From NCBI GenBank assembly GCA_038046365.1, contig JBBSWF010000136.1, positions 3,681 to 67,680 on the forward strand: DNA of 64,000 nt. Direction: 5' to 3'. The notes under the pieces are model-generated. The model was not told the DNA's origin. It saw nothing but the letters and a program-made list of their open reading frames with translations, and made no database searches. The stretch is from Nanobdellota archaeon (GTDB taxonomy: Archaea > Nanobdellota > Nanobdellia > Woesearchaeales > JAGWAF01). A program made the position numbers and the translations under genes. Positions 60,715-64,000 of this stretch are shown here, piece after piece. The first letter of the stretch is position 1, and each line of letters begins with the position of its first letter.

Positions 60715-60751
60715 GACAGTCGGCGGAGAACAGTGGAGCCAGGAAGGCCAC

Positions 60752-61069
60752 CTACAACAACTCAACCTTGAAAGAGTTCTCATTAATCGCCTCGAGCTTC
60801 ACCTTGTTCCCTACTTTAAGACCGAAATCCCTTAGCTTCTCAGGGAGTGTTATCCCCATGCTATTACCTATCTTGATCACCGGCTTCTCCTGATCCACAG
60901 CACTATGCATCTCAAGCCGTCTCTGGAAGACCTTCGCCTGCTCTTTGGTGAGTGTCGTGAAAGCACATCTTGGGCAAACGAGCGCATTGGTGAGCACGTG
61001 ACCCATAGAGATCTCTCTCTCCTCAAGTTGCCTACCACAGTCACAAGTTATCTTCCTTTCTGGAGCCAT
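60752..61069 (-). CDS. Zinc-ribbon plus AbrB/SpoVT/MazE-type swapped-hairpin DNA-binding protein (antitoxin-like)
   Basis: The ATG at 61069 gives MAPERKITCDCG...CPRC (Zn ribbon). The C-terminus VIKIGNSMGITLPEKLRDFGLKVGNKVKLE is AbrB-like. The track ORF extends to 61156. Confidence 0.55.
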   Translation of the reverse strand: MAPERKITCDCGRQLEEREISMGHVLTNALVCPRCAFTTLTKEQAKVFQRRLEMHSAVDQEKPVIKIGNSMGITLPEKLRDFGLKVGNKVKLEAINENSFKVELL

Positions 61070-61320
61070 GTCGTTTTCACCTCGATGAATGTCTGATGGA
61101 CGACCACTATGACCACATAAGTCATCCGTTCTTTGCCATGATATTTTGTCAGGCATATCTTACCTGGAGGCGCAGATTTCTCCAGGAGGACGCTGCCTGT
61201 CCGCACTGTCTCCTCGACGAAATCTATGTCGAAATTCCGCTCAGCCTGCCGGATGAATACATGCGGATCGAAAGTGATCTCAGCCGACTTCCTGAACTGC
61301 TCAAGATCGATTTCGACCAT
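61048..61320 (-). CDS. Small toxin-like protein (possible DUF4258 family)
   Basis: 90 aa. ITFDPHVFIRQAERNFDIDFVEETVRTGSV resembles the remembered DUF4258 pattern H-x3-R-x2-(E)R-x-I. It overlaps the downstream AbrB-like gene by 22 nt. Confidence 0.35.
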   Translation of the reverse strand: MVEIDLEQFRKSAEITFDPHVFIRQAERNFDIDFVEETVRTGSVLLEKSAPPGKICLTKYHGKERMTYVVIVVVHQTFIEVKTTWLQKGR

Positions 61321-61401
61321 TGATTATAACTATAGTTATAACAGTTATTTAAATCTTCCCTGTCTTGGGATAGTAAAGAAGCTCCACGAGAGAAAATATT
61401 T

Positions 61402-62115
61402 TCACAGTGTATTGGAAGGAAGATTGATGACATAATGATCCGACGTGCCGCGGCTGGAATACAGCGCACCTATACCTTTGGAGACGCAAGCACCCATCAA
61501 TCCCATCGTCAGATCCTCCATCATACGATCGTTATCCCGCTGGCTCTTGAAACACCGCTTCGCATAAGGGTTGATCAGTACGGTGGTCCTCATCGGCAAT
61601 CTGAAGTTAGGGGCGACGTCCTTGCGATCCATCCTGCAACGCACTGGAATCCCATCACCTGATGCTGCGACGAAACCTTTCCAGAAGTCTTCAGTGCAGA
61701 TGAATCCATCGACACCAGCGATCTCCTCGTAGACTTGAAGGCTCATCACGCCGCTTGAGGAGTCCATACGAATGTAGCGTGGAGAGACCAACTCATCTAT
61801 AGGCTCGTCCCACCATAGAGGACAACTACGGCCGGCCTCTTCCAAAGTCGTCTTGAAGCGTTGGCTTGCAAACATATCCATCGATTCATCGATTGAAGAA
61901 GTCAAGAACAACTGGGAATTGTCATAACGCGGATGAAACCGGTCCAATGCTACCTGATCTTTGAAGAGATTGGAGGCGGATATCATATACTTCGCCCGAG
62001 GACATGCAGTACCCTCAACCACGCCAGGCTTCTGAGCCTGCTGCCACGCCTTGTCCAGCTCGGGCTGCGAATCCTTCACCCATTTCGCGAAACGCTCGAA
62101 TGTCCAGATATCCAT
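61402..62115 (-). CDS. Hypothetical protein
   Basis: 237-aa ORF with complex composition. No motif was recognised. Confidence 0.45.
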   Translation of the reverse strand: MDIWTFERFAKWVKDSQPELDKAWQQAQKPGVVEGTACPRAKYMISASNLFKDQVALDRFHPRYDNSQLFLTSSIDESMDMFASQRFKTTLEEAGRSCPLWWDEPIDELVSPRYIRMDSSSGVMSLQVYEEIAGVDGFICTEDFWKGFVAASGDGIPVRCRMDRKDVAPNFRLPMRTTVLINPYAKRCFKSQRDNDRMMEDLTMGLMGACVSKGIGALYSSRGTSDHYVINLPSNTL

Positions 62116-62197
62116 GAACGGACTAAATCAAAGATGTTTAAAAAGGCCATCAGCAGCCAATCGTATAAGAAAGCCCAATAACCGACAGTTCAGACAC

Positions 62198-63340
62198 TCA
62201 CACCCTAAAATGCTTGCCAAGACGCACGCCAGTCTGGCCCTGATAGTTAGACTTGATATCCACCCCATAAGCGATCTCTGGGATCGCAGACATCTTCTCA
62301 AAGACGATCTTGCAGAAAGTCTGGCCATCCTCGACCTCCATAGGAGTGTCCCTGACACGCGCCTCAAAAACCGTGGCCGCGCCTTTGATCTCACCAGACT
62401 TGCCATACCCGAAACCAGGATCGTAGAAACCGGCATAGTGGGATCGGAACTCACCGATGCCTGAATGGAAATCAATTATCTCGGCGGCGTGGGACGTGGG
62501 AATCCGGATCAGCTCCTTGGACTTGAGTATATAGAAGAAATCAGGATCAAGAATCAAGCGGCCATTATTTGGACGGCGAACAGGTTCCCAATAATCAGGC
62601 ACATCATGGCAGCCCACCTTGGTTAGGTCGAGAGGCGGACAGTTCTTCTTAGACTTGTAACCCACGATAGTCTCGGACAGGTCTATAGTCAAGAAAAGCC
62701 CGCCGTCATGTATATGCGCGCATTCACGCGGGATGGGCGTGCCGTCCTTGTAGAACATCATCTGATACTTGTCATAGATACCCTCTATCTGGGACGTGGT
62801 GAGTTTCGGAGGATCGTACGCCTGCAAACGGATCTGATTTAGAGCAAGACCTTCCTTGACGATGAGGTCGAAAGAGATGGGGAAGACAAGGACATAGAGC
62901 TTGCCACGGTATCCATCTGGAATGATATCAAAATTCTTGCTGCCATCGGCGATCAGCCTGGCGAAAGTGTCGGCCCGGCCAGTGGAGGACTTAGGGTTAG
63001 AGCGCGCACGGATGTGCTTTGGGAAATTGATCGACTCCATCACCTCAAAGACGTAAGTCTTTCTGGCCTCAAGAAAGGCTGGCTTTGAGAGATCAAGAGT
63101 GTAGTATGTATTCTCGTATTCGGCGAGCCGCTCGCTGATATTCATGTTGCTTGTGTTCAAGAAAGCAGCCGGAACCCTCCAGCCCTTTTTCCCTAGACGC
63201 AGATCCATTGACGCAGGCTGGATGGAAGTATCTGATAACGGCAAGGGGGACATTATGACCCCGGACTCGACCAAGGCCTTCAATTGCTGCGACGGCAGCA
63301 CGCCCTGGAGTACATCATGCTTTAATACACCCCACTCCAT
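62198..63340 (-). CDS. dcd: dCTP deaminase/dUTPase-superfamily protein, long (380-aa) form
   Basis: The N-terminus GVLPSQQLKALVESGVI...IQPASMDLRLG matches the dCTP deaminase N-terminus. The distal segment FYDPGFGYG...GAATVFEARVRDTPMEVEDGQTFCKIVFEKM matches the dUTPase-fold core. The two parts are separated by far more sequence than in enzymes of about 180 aa. Confidence 0.65.
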   Translation of the reverse strand: MEWGVLKHDVLQGVLPSQQLKALVESGVIMSPLPLSDTSIQPASMDLRLGKKGWRVPAAFLNTSNMNISERLAEYENTYYTLDLSKPAFLEARKTYVFEVMESINFPKHIRARSNPKSSTGRADTFARLIADGSKNFDIIPDGYRGKLYVLVFPISFDLIVKEGLALNQIRLQAYDPPKLTTSQIEGIYDKYQMMFYKDGTPIPRECAHIHDGGLFLTIDLSETIVGYKSKKNCPPLDLTKVGCHDVPDYWEPVRRPNNGRLILDPDFFYILKSKELIRIPTSHAAEIIDFHSGIGEFRSHYAGFYDPGFGYGKSGEIKGAATVFEARVRDTPMEVEDGQTFCKIVFEKMSAIPEIAYGVDIKSNYQGQTGVRLGKHFRV

Positions 63341-63398
63341 GAGAGGGGGTTTGGCCAGAGGGTTAATAAGTGTTTATGTTAGTGAGAAGATAGCCTGA

Positions 63399-63866
63399 TC
63401 AGTATTCAATGACGCTTATCTGATCCTCAGGGAGCTGGAACTTCTTACGGACTTCTGGGGCCTTCTGAGCTGCCGAATCCTGACGCTTCTTTGCCAGGCG
63501 AGCAAGGTCATCGTATTCCTCGTCGATCGTCCGTGAGACGCTGTCTTCATAAGGATCGACACGGCTTGAGGGCGGCTGGGCCTGAGATGAACCGTCTGTC
63601 TTGAAGATGTCGAAAAAACCATCTTGCGAAGCAGGGGCAGTGGACTGCGCCAATGGTGCTTGGGCCGGAGGGCTTGCAGGCGCGTCGGCCGGACCGAACA
63701 GATTGAAGAAACCTTCAGACGGAGAGGCCTGCGACGGAGCAGGAAGAGGAGAAGACTGGCTCAAGGAGTAATTAGAGAGAGGCTCATCAGTCAGGTCGTG
63801 GAGAAGCCTGATGACTTTCTTTATCGAGTCCTTGGAGTCGGCACTTGTGTCTATCTCTATACGCAT
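63399..63866 (-). CDS. Hypothetical protein with a Pro/Ala/Ser/Gln-rich disordered middle and two GFFxhF motifs
   Basis: 155-aa ORF carrying EGFFNLFGP and DGFFDIFKTD, with a small structured N-terminus MRIEIDTSADSKDSIKKVIRLLHDL. Confidence 0.4.
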   Translation of the reverse strand: MRIEIDTSADSKDSIKKVIRLLHDLTDEPLSNYSLSQSSPLPAPSQASPSEGFFNLFGPADAPASPPAQAPLAQSTAPASQDGFFDIFKTDGSSQAQPPSSRVDPYEDSVSRTIDEEYDDLARLAKKRQDSAAQKAPEVRKKFQLPEDQISVIEY

Positions 63867-64000
63867 CGCAGATTCACAATCAACCGATTTGGGAAGACTG
63901 GTTTATAGAACTTACGAAAAAATAGAAGACAAATTGAAAAAAACACGGAAAACTGGAATCATCCCCATCGCGCACTCGACCAGTTGTACAGGCCAGCAAG

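Noticed and set aside
63959-64000. A possible 3' end of a minus-strand gene at the right edge (…LAGLYNWSSARWG-stop in one frame).
   Set aside because: Only 13 codons plus the stop are visible. The frame cannot be verified, so there is too little evidence to annotate it.
1-64000. A search by eye for CRISPR arrays, rRNA genes, integrase or transposase genes, and additional tRNAs.
   Set aside because: I noticed no regularly spaced direct repeats with unique spacers, no rRNA-like conserved stretches, and no recombinase or transposase motif in any long ORF. Only the two tRNAs reported could be folded. A visual scan of 64 kb is not exhaustive.

Overview
This is an archaeal chromosomal segment. Hand counts of single 60-nt lines give roughly 50% GC. 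The archaeal assignment rests on Orc1/Cdc6, an ATP-dependent DNA ligase, diphthine synthase, a Hel308/Ski2-type helicase, FtsZ, and TrmB, HTH_10 and Lrp regulators. Many small secreted proteins, an ECF transporter and a giant gene fit a small-genome (DPANN-like) lineage, but that is inference only. All protein-family calls were made by reading the supplied translations against remembered motifs; no searches were run.

Layout:
- 0-8.4 kb: partial cdc6, a TrmB regulator, an orphan binding protein, and an ECF transporter with four tandem S-component-like paralogs plus a deletion remnant.
- 8.4-19.4 kb: secreted and membrane proteins, serS, a transglutaminase-like protein, tRNA-Ser(GCU), dph5, a hairpin element with terminal inverted repeats and a target-site-like duplication, and three small Cys-rich secreted proteins.
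- 19.8-27.6 kb: ftsZ, an unusual upstream region, nitroreductase, DNA ligase, lipid and housekeeping genes.
- 27.8-51.9 kb: a pilin-signal/cadherin-like gene translationally coupled to one uninterrupted 23,112-nt ORF of 7,703 aa.
- 51.8-54.0 kb: a TARG1/DarG-type macrodomain gene that overlaps the giant gene's 3' end convergently, its coupled unknown partner, a second DUF4013-like paralog, a second copy of the hairpin element, and tRNA-Arg(GCG) with a duplicated 3' end.
- 54.8-58.3 kb: an AT-rich island with regulators and an AbiE-like pair.
- 58.4-64 kb: a Hel308 lacking its first RecA domain, a phosphoesterase, a small toxin-antitoxin-like pair, a long dCTP-deaminase-like gene and hypotheticals.

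The main candidate for something undescribed is the giant ORF. It combines several transmembrane clusters, a SecA-like motor ATPase (SecA is otherwise absent from archaea), an FHA domain, three HEAT-like arrays, a possible JAMM site and a C-terminal histidine-kinase module. Its base composition is a mosaic.
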